From positions 8,254-72,253 of the forward strand of contig CAVXOX010000004.1 of assembly GCA_963763535.1 (NCBI GenBank): DNA of 64,000 nt, given 5' to 3'. The stretch is from an uncultured Acidobacteriota bacterium (GTDB taxonomy: Bacteria; Acidobacteriota; Thermoanaerobaculia; UBA5066; Gp7-AA6). Each line of letters starts with the position of its first letter. The stretch's first letter is position 1. The notes under the pieces are model-generated. The model did not search any database, was not told the DNA's origin, and saw only the letters and a program-made list of their open reading frames with translations. Shown here piece after piece: positions 37,416 through 48,500 of the stretch. Made by a program: the position numbers and the translations under genes.

Positions 37416-39959
37416 ATGCGACTGCGGTCTCTCTCCGCCACGGTCCTGCTCTGTCTCGCCGCCGTCCCGGCCGCTCGAGCGACGGTGCGCTGCGTCATGC
37501 CGGTCCCGAGCGGCACCGGCTGCTGGGCGCCCGGAACCGCGTTCACGGACCTGCAGCCGGCGCTCGCCGCCTCGGGCTCGGGCGACGAGATCTGGGTCGC
37601 GGCGGCGACGTACAAGCCGGCCGCTGCGGATCGGACGATCAGTTTCGCGCTGAAGAACGGCGTCGGCATCTACGGCGGCTTCGCCGGCGGCGAGACGCTG
37701 CGGAGCCAGCGGGATCCCGCCGCCCACGTGACGATCCTCTCGGGCGACGTCGGAACGCCCGGTTCCGCTTCCGACAACAGCTATCACGTGGTCACGACGG
37801 ATGTCTCGGTGACGTCGTCCGGGGTCCTCGACGGGTTCACCATCACCGCGGGGCAGGCCGACGGGAATCCGGTCTCGAGCCAGGACCGCGGCGCGGGCAT
37901 CTGGGTCAACGGCGGAAGCCCCTCCCTGTCCCAGCTGATCGTCTCGTCGAACTTCGCGTCGGGGCAGGGGGCCGGGATGCGCGTCACGTCCGCCTCGCCG
38001 ACGATCCTGAACTCGTCCTTCCTCTTCAACTCGGTCAGCTTCGGCGGCGCGGGCGCCGGCCTCTACTCGGGAGGCGGCAGCGCCGTGTACCTGCAGGACT
38101 GCATCTTCCGGTCGAACTCGATCTCGGGCGCCTCGACGGGCGGCGGCGGCATCGACACGGCGGGCAACACCACGCTCGTCAACTGCGTCGTCGCGCAGAA
38201 CAGCCCGAACGGCATCCAGACGAACACGGCGGGCGGCAACAACAACACCATCAAGGACTCGACGTTCACCGCCAACAGCCCGGGATACGGCCTGGCGCTT
38301 TTCAACAGCACGGGAAACGTCATCCAGAACTCGATCTTCTGGGGCGACGCGTCCGGCGAGATCTTCAACGACGGGCTCTCGTCCTTCGGCGCCGAGTACT
38401 CGGACTTCCAGGGCGGCGGCGTCGCGGGCACGGGCAACATCGCCACGGACCCGCTCTTCCTCGGCGCGCCCGACGACCTGCGTCCGGGGCCGGGTTCGCC
38501 CGCCGTCGACGCCGGCAAGAACCTCGACGTTCCGGGCGGCGTGACCCTCGACCTCGCGGGACTGCCGCGGTTCTTCGACGACCCGGCGGTCCCCAACACG
38601 GGCGCCGGCATTCCCCCGATCGTCGACATGGGCGCCTATGAGCGCATCCCGATCACGGTCACGACGCCCGACGACCTCATCGTCTGCGCGGGGGCGCAGG
38701 CGGTCTTCAGCGTCGCCGCGACCGGCCAGCCGACGCTGACCTATCAGTGGCGCAAGAACTCGACTCCCATTTCGGACGCGGGTTCGATCTCGGGCACCAT
38801 GACCGACACGCTGACGATCGACCCCACCGTGATGGGAGACTCGGGCGCCTACGACGTCGTGGTCACCGACGGATTCGGGCAGAACCTCACGTCACCGTCG
38901 GCGCAGCTGACGGTCAACGCACGGCCGACGGCGTCGGCCTCCGGAGCCGCGACGGTGTGCGCCGGCATCTCGACGCCGCTGTCGGGCTCGGGCGGCGTCT
39001 CCTGCTCGTGGACGCCGTCGAGCGGCCTCGACAATCCCTCGAGCTGCTTCCCGAGCGCGACGCCGACGGTCACCACGATCTACACGCTGACGGTCACCGC
39101 GGCGAACTCCTGCCCGTCGACGAACAACCCGACGGTGACCGTGACGGTCAATCCGGTGCCGGATCTGCCCGGGATCGCCTCACCCCTCTCGGTTCCCGTG
39201 GGCGCCTCCGGCGCCTCGGCGAGCGCGCCGAACCACACCGGCTCCTCGTACGCGTGGACGCTCTCCGGCGGCACGATCACCGCCGGACAGACGACCCACC
39301 AGATCGTGTTCGACGCCGGATCCCCCGGCACGACGATGGTGTGCACCGTCATCGAGACGAACGCCGGCTGCGATTCGCCGATGGCGTCGAAGAACATCCA
39401 GGTGGACTTCCTCGACGTGCCGCCGTCGAACACCTTCCACGACTACGTCGACACCGTCGCGCGCAACGGCGTCACCGCCGGCTGCGGCGGGGGCAACTAC
39501 TGCGGCACCGCGACCGTCACGCGCGCGCAGATGGCCGTCTTCCTGCTGAAGGCCGAGCACGGCTCGAGCTTCGTTCCGGACTCCTGCAGCGGCCTCTTCG
39601 CCGACGTGCCGTGTCCGGGCGGGTTCGCGGTGGACTGGATCGAGCAGCTCGCCAACGAGGGCATCACCGGCGGCTGCGGCGGCGGCAACTACTGCCCGAA
39701 CAACGCCGTCCGGCGCGACCAGATGGCCGTCTTTCTGCTGAAAACGTCGCAGGGCGCCTCCTACGTCCCGCCGCCGGCGACCGGCACCGTCTTCGCGGAC
39801 GTCCCGGTCTCCGCGTTCGCCGCCGACTGGATCGAGGACCTCTATGCCCGCAGCGTCACGGGAGGCTGCCTGACCAACCCGCTGCGCTACTGTCCGACCA
39901 ACACCAACAACCGGCAGCAGATGGCGGTCTTCATCACGAAGACGTTCGGGCTGCAGTAG
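37416..39959 (+). CDS. Secreted beta-helix + Ig-domain protein with SLH-like cassette
   Basis: AAGGAG RBS, signal peptide, DEIWVAAATY, IYGGFAGGE, DMGAYE, LTYQWRKN Ig domain, 3 SLH-like repeats. Confidence 0.88.
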   Translation: MRLRSLSATVLLCLAAVPAARATVRCVMPVPSGTGCWAPGTAFTDLQPALAASGSGDEIWVAAATYKPAAADRTISFALKNGVGIYGGFAGGETLRSQRDPAAHVTILSGDVGTPGSASDNSYHVVTTDVSVTSSGVLDGFTITAGQADGNPVSSQDRGAGIWVNGGSPSLSQLIVSSNFASGQGAGMRVTSASPTILNSSFLFNSVSFGGAGAGLYSGGGSAVYLQDCIFRSNSISGASTGGGGIDTAGNTTLVNCVVAQNSPNGIQTNTAGGNNNTIKDSTFTANSPGYGLALFNSTGNVIQNSIFWGDASGEIFNDGLSSFGAEYSDFQGGGVAGTGNIATDPLFLGAPDDLRPGPGSPAVDAGKNLDVPGGVTLDLAGLPRFFDDPAVPNTGAGIPPIVDMGAYERIPITVTTPDDLIVCAGAQAVFSVAATGQPTLTYQWRKNSTPISDAGSISGTMTDTLTIDPTVMGDSGAYDVVVTDGFGQNLTSPSAQLTVNARPTASASGAATVCAGISTPLSGSGGVSCSWTPSSGLDNPSSCFPSATPTVTTIYTLTVTAANSCPSTNNPTVTVTVNPVPDLPGIASPLSVPVGASGASASAPNHTGSSYAWTLSGGTITAGQTTHQIVFDAGSPGTTMVCTVIETNAGCDSPMASKNIQVDFLDVPPSNTFHDYVDTVARNGVTAGCGGGNYCGTATVTRAQMAVFLLKAEHGSSFVPDSCSGLFADVPCPGGFAVDWIEQLANEGITGGCGGGNYCPNNAVRRDQMAVFLLKTSQGASYVPPPATGTVFADVPVSAFAADWIEDLYARSVTGGCLTNPLRYCPTNTNNRQQMAVFITKTFGLQ

Positions 39960-40019
39960 GGTCGGATGTAAACCCCGGACGCGGCCGGGCGTCCATCCCT
40001 CTGGAGGGAGGGAACCGCG

Positions 40020-41831
40020 ATGAGAACCCTCGGTTCATGCCGGCTGCTGGCGTTGGAGGTCGCGATCCTGGGGGCCGGCCATGCCCTTCTGGCCCAGGCT
40101 CCCTCGTTCACGCCCCTGACCGAGATGGGACCTGCAACCTATCTCGGCTTCTCGGGAGGCCTCTACGCGGACGGACGCAACACGATGCCGTCCGACCATG
40201 CTGCCGACGGCCTCGCGCGCGCGCAATCAATCCAACCGCTCGACGTGCTCGGCCATCCCGACCCGGCAGGACGGGTCGTCCTGCTCTCCATCGGGATGTC
40301 GAACACGACCCAGGAGTTCTGCTCGCAGGGGGGGCTGCAGCCCTGCAATGCCTGGACCTTCATCGGCCAGGCGACCGTCGACGCGGAGGTCGATCATTCG
40401 AGGCTGGCGCTCGTCAACGGCGCCCGCGCCGGTCAGACGGCGATGACGTGGGACTCTGCCTCCGACCCGAACTACGACCGCGTCCGGGACGTGGACCTGG
40501 CGGCGCAGGGCCTGACCGAGGCTCAGGTCCAGGCCGCCTGGGTCAAGGTCGCCGACGCCAATCCGACAATCTCTCTGCCCGATGCGAACGCCGACGCCTA
40601 CTTCCTCGAAGCGGAGATCGGCGACATTGCCCGCGCGCTGCGCGTCCGGTATCCGAACCTCCAGCTCGTCTTTCTTTCCAGTCGCATCTACGCGGGGTAC
40701 GCATCGTCGCCGCTCAATCCCGAGCCATACGCGTACGAGTCCGGCTTCGCCGTGAAGTGGATCGTGCAGGCTCAGATCGACCAGATCGAGAGTGGATCGA
40801 TCGTCGACCCGCGCGCGGGCGACCTCGACGACACGACAGTCGCGCCCTGGCTCGGATGGGCGGCGTATCCCTGGGCAGACGGCACGAATCCGCGGTGCGA
40901 CGGCCTGATCTGGGAGGCGGCCGATTTCGAGAGCGATGGAACACATCCGTCTCAATCCGGAGAAGCCAAGGTCGGCACGATGCTCCTCGACTTCTTCAAG
41001 ACCGACCCTCGCATGCGGCCGTGGTTCCTGGGCCTCGCCGCCGTGGCGGTCCAGCCGACGTCCGGCGATTCGGCGGGGGGCACCGCGATCACGATCTCCG
41101 GCGCGAACTTTCAGAACGGCGCTACCGTACACGTTGGAGGCTCCAACGCGTCCGTCGTCTCGGTCTCTCCGGAGTCGATCGCGGCGACCACGCCGGGCCT
41201 CCTGCCCGGAACCCTGAACGACGTCCAGGTCGACAATCCCGGTGATTCGAACGGCATCGCTCGGGCCGCGTTCTTCTCCGACTTCCTCGACGTTTCGCAG
41301 GCGCACCCGTTCCACGCGTTCGTCGAGACGATCTTGCGCTCGGGGGTAACCGCCGGATGCGGCACGGGGATCTTCTGCCCGGAGGAGGCCATCACGCGAG
41401 CGCAGATGGCGGTCTTTCTCCTCAAGGCGCGTTACGGAACCTGCTACGCGCCGCCGCCAGCGACCGTGACGCTCTTTGCCGACGTTCCTCAGGACGCCTT
41501 CGCCGCAGACTGGATCGAGGAGCTCTCCGGCCTCGGCATCACGGGCGGCTGCGGCGGAGGCAACTACTGCCCCGATTCGCCCGTCACGCGGGCTCAGATG
41601 GCGGTGTTCCTCCTCAAGACGCTCCTCGGCGCCTCCTACGTCCCGCCCGCGGCCGTCGGCATCTTCGGCGACGTACCGGTCGGGGCCTTCGCCGCCGACT
41701 GGATCGAAGACCTGTACGCCCGGGCCATCACCGGCGGCTGTTCGGCGAGCCCGCTCCTCTTCTGCCCCGATGCCTCCGACACGCGCGGCCAGATGGCAGT
41801 GTTCCTCACCAGGACATTCGGGTTGCCGTAG
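40020..41831 (+). CDS. Secreted SGNH-hydrolase-like protein with IPT/TIG and SLH-like cassette
   Basis: GGAGGGAGG RBS; LLSIGMSNT (block I-like), VNGA, DGTHPS (DxxH); IPT domain; 3 SLH-like repeats. Confidence 0.78.
   Translation: MRTLGSCRLLALEVAILGAGHALLAQAPSFTPLTEMGPATYLGFSGGLYADGRNTMPSDHAADGLARAQSIQPLDVLGHPDPAGRVVLLSIGMSNTTQEFCSQGGLQPCNAWTFIGQATVDAEVDHSRLALVNGARAGQTAMTWDSASDPNYDRVRDVDLAAQGLTEAQVQAAWVKVADANPTISLPDANADAYFLEAEIGDIARALRVRYPNLQLVFLSSRIYAGYASSPLNPEPYAYESGFAVKWIVQAQIDQIESGSIVDPRAGDLDDTTVAPWLGWAAYPWADGTNPRCDGLIWEAADFESDGTHPSQSGEAKVGTMLLDFFKTDPRMRPWFLGLAAVAVQPTSGDSAGGTAITISGANFQNGATVHVGGSNASVVSVSPESIAATTPGLLPGTLNDVQVDNPGDSNGIARAAFFSDFLDVSQAHPFHAFVETILRSGVTAGCGTGIFCPEEAITRAQMAVFLLKARYGTCYAPPPATVTLFADVPQDAFAADWIEELSGLGITGGCGGGNYCPDSPVTRAQMAVFLLKTLLGASYVPPAAVGIFGDVPVGAFAADWIEDLYARAITGGCSASPLLFCPDASDTRGQMAVFLTRTFGLP
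41280..41831 (+). repeat. Representative copy of the SLH-like C-terminal cassette (8 copies in window)
   Basis: From DFLDV to stop: 552 nt at 41280, 44018, 48420 and 52883; 555 nt at 39405; 543 nt at 60675 and at 28336 (minus); a diverged copy ends at 30254. Confidence 0.9.
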
Positions 41832-41953
41832 GTCCGGACCCTGGATGCGGGATGCGGGCGCCGCATCCTGACCCCCGGGATCCCGCCTCCGCGCGGCCCG
41901 CGCGGGGATTCGGTCATAATCGCGCGATCCTTTCCAATAAGGAGAAGACATCC

Positions 41954-44569
41954 ATGCGGTCGCGCTCCGGGTTGACGCCGTTCCTCGCGCTCTGCCTCGC
42001 GCTCGCCGCCGGCACGGCCGCCGCCTCCGACTCCCGCCCGAAGGTCGATCCCTGGATCCTCCAGACCGCCGCGCAGGGCGACACCGAGTTTCTCGTGATG
42101 CTGCGCGAGCAGGCCGACCTCCGCGGCGCGAAGGTCTTGCCGACGAAGGCCGAGAAGGGCGCCTTCGTCGCCGACGCGCTCGCCGCGGTCGCCGCGCGAA
42201 GCCAGGGACCGATCCTCCGTCTCCTCGAGGAGCGCGGCGTGCCGCACCGCGCCTACTGGGTCGCGAACGCGATCTGGGTGCGCGGCGGTCTCGCCCTCGT
42301 CGAAGAGCTCGCCGCGCGCGACGACGTCTTCCACGTCTACGCCAATCCGACCGTCCGCGTGGCGCCGCCGCTCGACCCCGCGCCGTCCTCGCCGGACGCG
42401 GGCGAGACGATCGAGTGGAACGTCGCACAGGTGCACGCTCCCGAGGTCTGGGCGCTCGGCTACAAGGGCGCGGGCGTCGTCGTCGCCGGCGCGGACACCG
42501 GCTACCAGTGGGATCATCCCGCGCTGAAGGCGAAGTACCGGGGCTGGAACGGAGCCGCGAACCACAACTACAACTGGCACGACGCGATCCACGACTCGTC
42601 CGGAAATCCCTGCGGCAACGACTCGCCGTTTCCGTGCGACGACTTCGGCCATGGCACCCACACGATGGGCACGATCGTCGGCGACGACGGCGGGGTCAAC
42701 CAGATCGGCGTCGCGCCGTCGGCGAAGTGGATCGGCTGCCGGAACATGGACGCGGGGGCCGGGACGCCCGACCGGTACACGGAGTGCTTCCAGTGGTTCA
42801 TCGCCCCGACGGACCTGTCCGGGCAGAACCCGGATCCGACGAAGGCGCCGGACGTGATCAACAATTCCTGGGGGTGCACGACCGGCGAGGGCTGCACCGA
42901 TCCGACCATTCTGCAGACCGTCGTCGAGAGCGTGCGCGCCGCCGGCATCGAGGTCGTGGTCTCCGCCGGCAACTCGGGCCCGTCGTGCTCGACGGTCTCG
43001 GAGCCTGCCGCGATCTACGAGGCGTCGTTCTCGGTCGGCGCGACGGACTCCTCGGACGACATCGCCGGCTTCTCGAGCCGCGGCCCCGTGACCATCGACG
43101 GGAGCGGCCGCCTGAAGCCCGACATCTCCGGGCCGGGCGTCAACGTGCGCTCCTCGGTGCCGACCAACTCGTACGAATTCCTGAGCGGCACGAGCATGGC
43201 CGGACCGCACGTCGTCGGCGTCGTGGCGCTCGCGCTCTCGGGCCATCCCGAGCTGATCGGGAATCCGGACGGCATCGAGCCGCTCTTGACCGCGAGCGCT
43301 CTGCCCCGGACCACGAGCGAGAGCTGCGGCGGGATACCCGGCGACCAGATCCCGAACAACACGTATGGATGGGGACGGGTGGATGCCCTCTCGATTTTCA
43401 CCTCCGATCTCGCCGTGACGCAGACCGACTCGCCCGACCCGACGCTCGTCGGCGTCCCCGTCACGTACACGATCACCGTCACGGCCAATGGGCCGGGCTC
43501 GGCGATCGACGTGCAGGTCTCCGAGGGCCTCACGCTCACCGCGACCGTCGACTCCGCCACGCCGAGCCAGGGCTCGTGCACCCTCTTCACGCACGGCGTC
43601 AACTGCGACCTCGGGCCGATGGCGAGCGGGGCGATCGCGACCGTCACGATCGTCGGCACGCCCGGAGCGACGGGAACGATCACGTCGAACGCGGTCGTTC
43701 AGATCACCGGCCTCGATCCGAATCCGAGCAACGACTCCGCCCCGGTGCAGACGACCGTCTCCGACTGCCCCTTCCCCGCCCCCCAGATCACGGCGCCGGT
43801 CTCGGTGCCCCCGGCGACCGGCGGCCTCTCGGCGACCGTGTCCTCCGGCCCGGGCCACGCGGACGCGTGGACGCTCGCCGGCGGCACGATCGACTCCGGC
43901 CAGTCGACGACGCAGCTCGGATTCACGTCGGGAGCGCCGGGGACGACGATGACGCTGTCGGTCGTCGACGCGCTCGCGGGCTGCGAGGTGGCGGCGCCGG
44001 ACGCGCTCGTGTCGGTCGACTTCCTCGACGTGCCGCCCCCGCAGATCTTCCACGACTTCGTCAACACGGTCGCGCGCCACGGCGTGACGGCGGGGTGCGG
44101 CGGGGGGAACTACTGCCCGGACGCCTCCGTCACCCGCGCCCAGATGGCGGTGTTCCTCTTGAAGAGCGAGCACGGCTCCGCGTACGCGCCGCCTCCGTGC
44201 GCCGGCGTCTTCGCCGACGTTTCCTGCCCGGGCGGGTTCGCCGCCGACTGGATCGAGCAGCTCCAGACCGAGGGCGTCACCTCGGGCTGCGGCGGGGGCA
44301 ACTACTGCCCCGACGCGCCGGTCACCCGGGCGCAGATGGCGGTCTTCCTGCTGAAGACCCTGCTCGGCCCCTCCTACGTCCCGCCCGCGGCCGCCGGCAT
44401 CTTCGGCGACGTGCCCGTCGGCGCCTTCGCGGCCGACTGGATCGAGGACCTCTACGGACAGGGCGATCACGGGCGGCTGTTCCTCGAGTCCGCTCCTGTA
44501 CTGCCCGGGCAACCCGAACACCCGCGGGCAGATGGCGGTGTTTCTGACGAAGACCTTCACCTGCAGTAA
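41954..44569 (+). CDS. S8 subtilisin-like protease with DUF11, Ig and SLH-like cassette (compensating indels near the 3' end)
   Basis: AAGGAG RBS; triad ADTG / HGTHTMG / SGTSMAGPHV. Extra G at 44465 and a missing base at ~44558 scramble ~30 codons of the last repeat. Confidence 0.92.
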   Translation: MRSRSGLTPFLALCLALAAGTAAASDSRPKVDPWILQTAAQGDTEFLVMLREQADLRGAKVLPTKAEKGAFVADALAAVAARSQGPILRLLEERGVPHRAYWVANAIWVRGGLALVEELAARDDVFHVYANPTVRVAPPLDPAPSSPDAGETIEWNVAQVHAPEVWALGYKGAGVVVAGADTGYQWDHPALKAKYRGWNGAANHNYNWHDAIHDSSGNPCGNDSPFPCDDFGHGTHTMGTIVGDDGGVNQIGVAPSAKWIGCRNMDAGAGTPDRYTECFQWFIAPTDLSGQNPDPTKAPDVINNSWGCTTGEGCTDPTILQTVVESVRAAGIEVVVSAGNSGPSCSTVSEPAAIYEASFSVGATDSSDDIAGFSSRGPVTIDGSGRLKPDISGPGVNVRSSVPTNSYEFLSGTSMAGPHVVGVVALALSGHPELIGNPDGIEPLLTASALPRTTSESCGGIPGDQIPNNTYGWGRVDALSIFTSDLAVTQTDSPDPTLVGVPVTYTITVTANGPGSAIDVQVSEGLTLTATVDSATPSQGSCTLFTHGVNCDLGPMASGAIATVTIVGTPGATGTITSNAVVQITGLDPNPSNDSAPVQTTVSDCPFPAPQITAPVSVPPATGGLSATVSSGPGHADAWTLAGGTIDSGQSTTQLGFTSGAPGTTMTLSVVDALAGCEVAAPDALVSVDFLDVPPPQIFHDFVNTVARHGVTAGCGGGNYCPDASVTRAQMAVFLLKSEHGSAYAPPPCAGVFADVSCPGGFAADWIEQLQTEGVTSGCGGGNYCPDAPVTRAQMAVFLLKTLLGPSYVPPAAAGIFGDVPVGAFAADWIEDLYGQGDHGRLFLESAPVLPGQPEHPRADGGVSDEDLHLQ

Positions 44570-44630
44570 TCGACGAACGGGAGGGCCCCGCATCCCACAT
44601 CGCGTTCCGAGGGTGTACGATGGATTTCGG

Positions 44631-45080
44631 ATGATGAAGATCCGCGCGGCCGCGCTTTCGCTTTCCCTGCCGCTCGCGGCTGCCGCGCTGTCCGCGCAGA
44701 CTGCGGCCGAGCCCCGGCTCGCGCCGCTCTGCACCGCCGACGCGCACACCCTGTGCCTCGACGGCAGCCGCTTCTCGGTCACGGCCGAATACCAGCAGTC
44801 GGAATCGGGACCGTCGGTCGAGGCGACGGCCGTGACGCTGACCGACGCGACGGGCTACTTCTGGTTCTTCGATTCCTCCAACGTCGAGCTGATCGTGAAG
44901 GTCCTCGACGGGTGCGCCGTGAACAACCACTACTGGGTCTTCGCGGCCGGACTGACGAACGTGGGCGTGCACATGACGGTCACCGACCTGCGCAGCACCC
45001 AACAGCAGGTCTTCGACAACGCGGTCGGGACGCCCTTCGCGCCGATCCAGGACACGATGGCCTTCGCCACTTGTCCGTAG
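44631..45080 (+). CDS. Small secreted Cys-containing protein (LCL..RF / GYFWFF / VKVLDGC domain)
   Basis: Signal peptide, then CTADAHTLCLDGSRF...GYFWFFDSSNVELIVKVLDGCAVNNHYWVFAAGLTNV...DTMAFATCP. Confidence 0.8.
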   Translation: MMKIRAAALSLSLPLAAAALSAQTAAEPRLAPLCTADAHTLCLDGSRFSVTAEYQQSESGPSVEATAVTLTDATGYFWFFDSSNVELIVKVLDGCAVNNHYWVFAAGLTNVGVHMTVTDLRSTQQQVFDNAVGTPFAPIQDTMAFATCP

Positions 45081-45124
45081 CCTAAACATCGGCTGCGAGC
45101 CGGGTCGCCAACCTGGTTCTTCGC

Positions 45125-45499
45125 ACGCTGCCCTGCCGCCGCGGTCGGCCAACCTGGCGGCGACCTTGCTCGATTTCGGCGAGTGCCCGTAATACATCCC
45201 TTCTATGAATTCGTTATTCAGGTCGAGAACAACGGAGTATCGGTGGGATGGACGGGTGACCTCCCGTATCCAATGGCAGATTTCTTGCTCGAGGCAAGGC
45301 ACGGACCGATATACTGTGCCACCCCGCTGAGGGAATCTCCGGAGACCTGCCCCCGGAGGAACGTTTCTCGCCATGAATCGAAGGATTAAAGGCGGAACAA
45401 GCCTCGGGCGGACCGGGCCCGCTGCGCTATTGTCCGGACCATCCGAACACGCGCGGACAGATGGCCGTCTTTCTCGTGAAGACGTTCGGATTGCCGTGA
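45125..45499 (+). pseudogene. Decayed IPT/SLH-like cassette remnant
   Basis: Pieces read [78 protein letters not shown]. Has deletions, frameshifts, Trp-to-TGA and AT drift. Confidence 0.8.
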
Positions 45500-45539
45500 G
45501 AATCGGCGTCGAGTAATCGGCAAATCGATTGAGGCAAGC

Positions 45540-48500
45540 ATGACTTCGACGGTTCGACCTGGCGGCGCGAGGGGCGCTGCGTTCCTCGCGGTTGTCTTCG
45601 CGCTGTTGACCGCACCCGCGATTCGCGCCGCGACGAACTACCACCAGACGGGCTTCTCGGAGTCGGTGGTCTTCAGCGGCCTCTCGAGCCCCACCACGGT
45701 GCGGTTTCTTCCCGACGGCCGCGTGATCGTCGCGGAGAAGAGCGGGTTGATCAAGCTGTTTCCGAACCTGACGACGAACAGCTACACGGTCGTCGCGGAC
45801 CTGCGGACGAACGTGCACGACTTCTGGGACCGCGGACTGCTCGGCCTCGCCGTGGACCCGAACTTCGCGTCGAACAACTACGTCTACGTCCTCTACACCT
45901 TCGACGCTCCGATCGGCGGCACGGCGCCGACGTGGGGCCCCGGCGACGGCACGTCGGACCCCTGCCCCACACCGCCCGGCGCCACGACCGACGGCTGCGT
46001 CGTCAGCGGACGCCTGTCGCGCCTGACGGCGGTGGGCACGGACTGGACCTCGAGCGAGACCGTGCTCATCAACGACTGGTGTCAGCAGTTCCCGAGCCAC
46101 TCGGTCGGCTCGCTCAACTTCGGCGCCGACGGGTACCTCTACGTGACGGCCGGCGAGGGGAGCAACTTCAACAACACCGACTGGGGACAGTGGGGCGGCA
46201 CGCTGCCGGGCACGCCGACGCCGAAGAACCCCTGCGGCGACCCGCCGGCCGGCGTGGGCGGCGACGAGACGCCGCCGTCGGCCGAGGGCGGGGCGCTGCG
46301 CGCCCAGTCGCCGCAACGGGCGGGCGCGGAGCCGCGCCTCCTGAATGGGTCGGTGCTGCGCGTCGATCCCGCGACCGGCGACGGCGTGCCGGGCAACCCG
46401 TTCTTTGCGAGTAATGACCCCAACGCGCGACGCATCATCGGCTACGGAATGCGCAATCCCTTCCGGGCGACGATCCGGCCCGGCACGAACGACATGTGGA
46501 TCGCGGACGTGGGCTGGAACGACTGGGAGGAGATCGACGGTTGCCCGACCTGACGAGCGCCCGCGATTACGGCTGGCCGTGCTACGAGGGCACGGGGCAC
46601 CAGCCCAGTTACGACGCCGCCGCGCTCACGATCTGCGAGGACCTCTACACGGCGGGTACGGCCGTCGCGCCCTTCTTGACCTACAACCACGCGAACCACG
46701 TCACGGGGGACGACGGCTGTCCCACCGGCAGCTCCTCGATCGCGGGACTCGCGTTCTACGAGGGGGGCAGCAACTACCCCTCGAACTACAACGGCGCGAT
46801 GCTCTTCTCCGACTACTCGCGCGTCTGCATGTGGATCATGTTCCCCGACGCCAACGGCGTGCCCAATCCGGCGACCACGGAGGCCTTCGCCTCGGCAGCC
46901 CAGGGGCCCGTGGACATCCAGGTGGGTCCCGACGGGAACTTCTACTACGTCGACTTCCTCGGCGGGCAGGTCCTGAAGATCCAGTACGGCCTCCACGCGA
47001 TCGCGACCGGCACCCCGACCACGGGTCCGCTCCCGCTCACCGTCCAGTTCGACGGCTCCCAGTCGGTGCCGGCGCAGCCCGGCGACACGCTTTCCTACTC
47101 GTGGGACCTGAACGGCGACGGCGTCTTCGGCGACTCGACGCTCGTCCAGCCCACGTACCAGTACACCGTGGCGGGCACCTACAACGTCCGGCTGAAGGTG
47201 ACCGACCAGCGCGGAGGCAGCGACATCTCCACGCCGGTCGTGATCAACGCCGGCAACGAGGACCCCACGGCGACCATCACGGCGCCGCCGGGCACGCTGA
47301 CGTGGAAGGTGGGCGACACGATCAACTTCGCGGGCACCGGCACCGACCCTCAGGACGGGACGCTTCCGCCGAGCGCCTTCGCGTGGACGATCATCATCCA
47401 CCACTGCCCGTCCGACTGCCACACCCACATCTACCAGACGTTCAGCGGGGTCACGAGCGGCTCCTTCGTCGCGCCCGATCACGAGTATCCGTCGTGGCTC
47501 GAGATCCAGCTCGTGGTCACCGACTCCGACAACAACACGGGCACGGCGAGCGTCCTCATCTATCCCCAGACCGTCGTCCTGACGATGGCATCGGTGCCGT
47601 CGGGCCTGCAGCTGTCGATCGGCACGCAATCCGGCCCCACTCCGTACACGGACACGGTGATCATCGGGTCCGCCAACCAGGTCATCGCCGCGCCCACGCA
47701 GGGCGCGTACCCGCAGATCTGGGAGTTCGTGAGCTGGTCCGACAACGGCGCCTCCACTCACGTGATCACCGCGCCGCCGAACCCCGCGACGTACACGGCG
47801 ACGTACACGGTCCACGCGGACCTCTCGATCGGCATGACCGGACCGGCCGAGATCTGCGAAGGGCAACCGGCGACGTACACCCTGAACGTGGCCAACGCGG
47901 GGCTCTCGCAGGCGACCTCGATCACCGTCGTCGACACGCCGCCCCCGGGGGCGACGGTCGTGTCCGCGAGCGGCGACACGTGGACCTGCGGCGGGACGGC
48001 GCCCATCATCTGCACGCTGCCGGTGCTCGACATCACCTCGGCGCCGCCGATCACGGTCGTCCTGAACGCGCCGGTCGGGATGGGCACCAACACGGCCACC
48101 GTCGGCTCCAGCGTCACCGACATCAACGGCGCGAACAACACGGCCTCGGTCAACACGACCGTCGACGCCGCCCGGCGCAGCCTCGATCACCGTCGAGAAC
48201 TGGACCCCGGTCGGCGCGGTGGGCGTTCCCGCGAGCGTGCCCGACGATCCCGGCTCGAGCTGGGCGTGGACGTTGACGGGCGGGTCGATCGACACGGGAC
48301 AGGGCAGCTCCGCAATCACGTTCGACGCGGGCGCACCGGGAACGACGATGTCGCTCCAGGTCGTCGAGTCCAACGGCTCGGGGTGCGCGTCGCCGGCCGG
48401 ATCGGCCCTCGTCCAGGTGGACTTCCTCGACGTGCCGCCGGCGCAGATCTTCCACGACTACGTCGACGCGATCGCGCGCAACTCCATCACCGTCGGCTGC

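Noticed and set aside
44532-45080. Fusion of the protease C-terminus to the downstream small protein
   Set aside because: Caused by the missing base at ~44558; the downstream gene has its own ATG and signal peptide.
45125-45499. Remnant as a DGR template repeat
   Set aside because: No reverse transcriptase in the window; differences are not adenine-specific and include deletions.
45517-45533. sigma54-like CGGC-N7-TTGA upstream of 45540
   Set aside because: The -12 GC is not conserved and the site is too close to the ATG.
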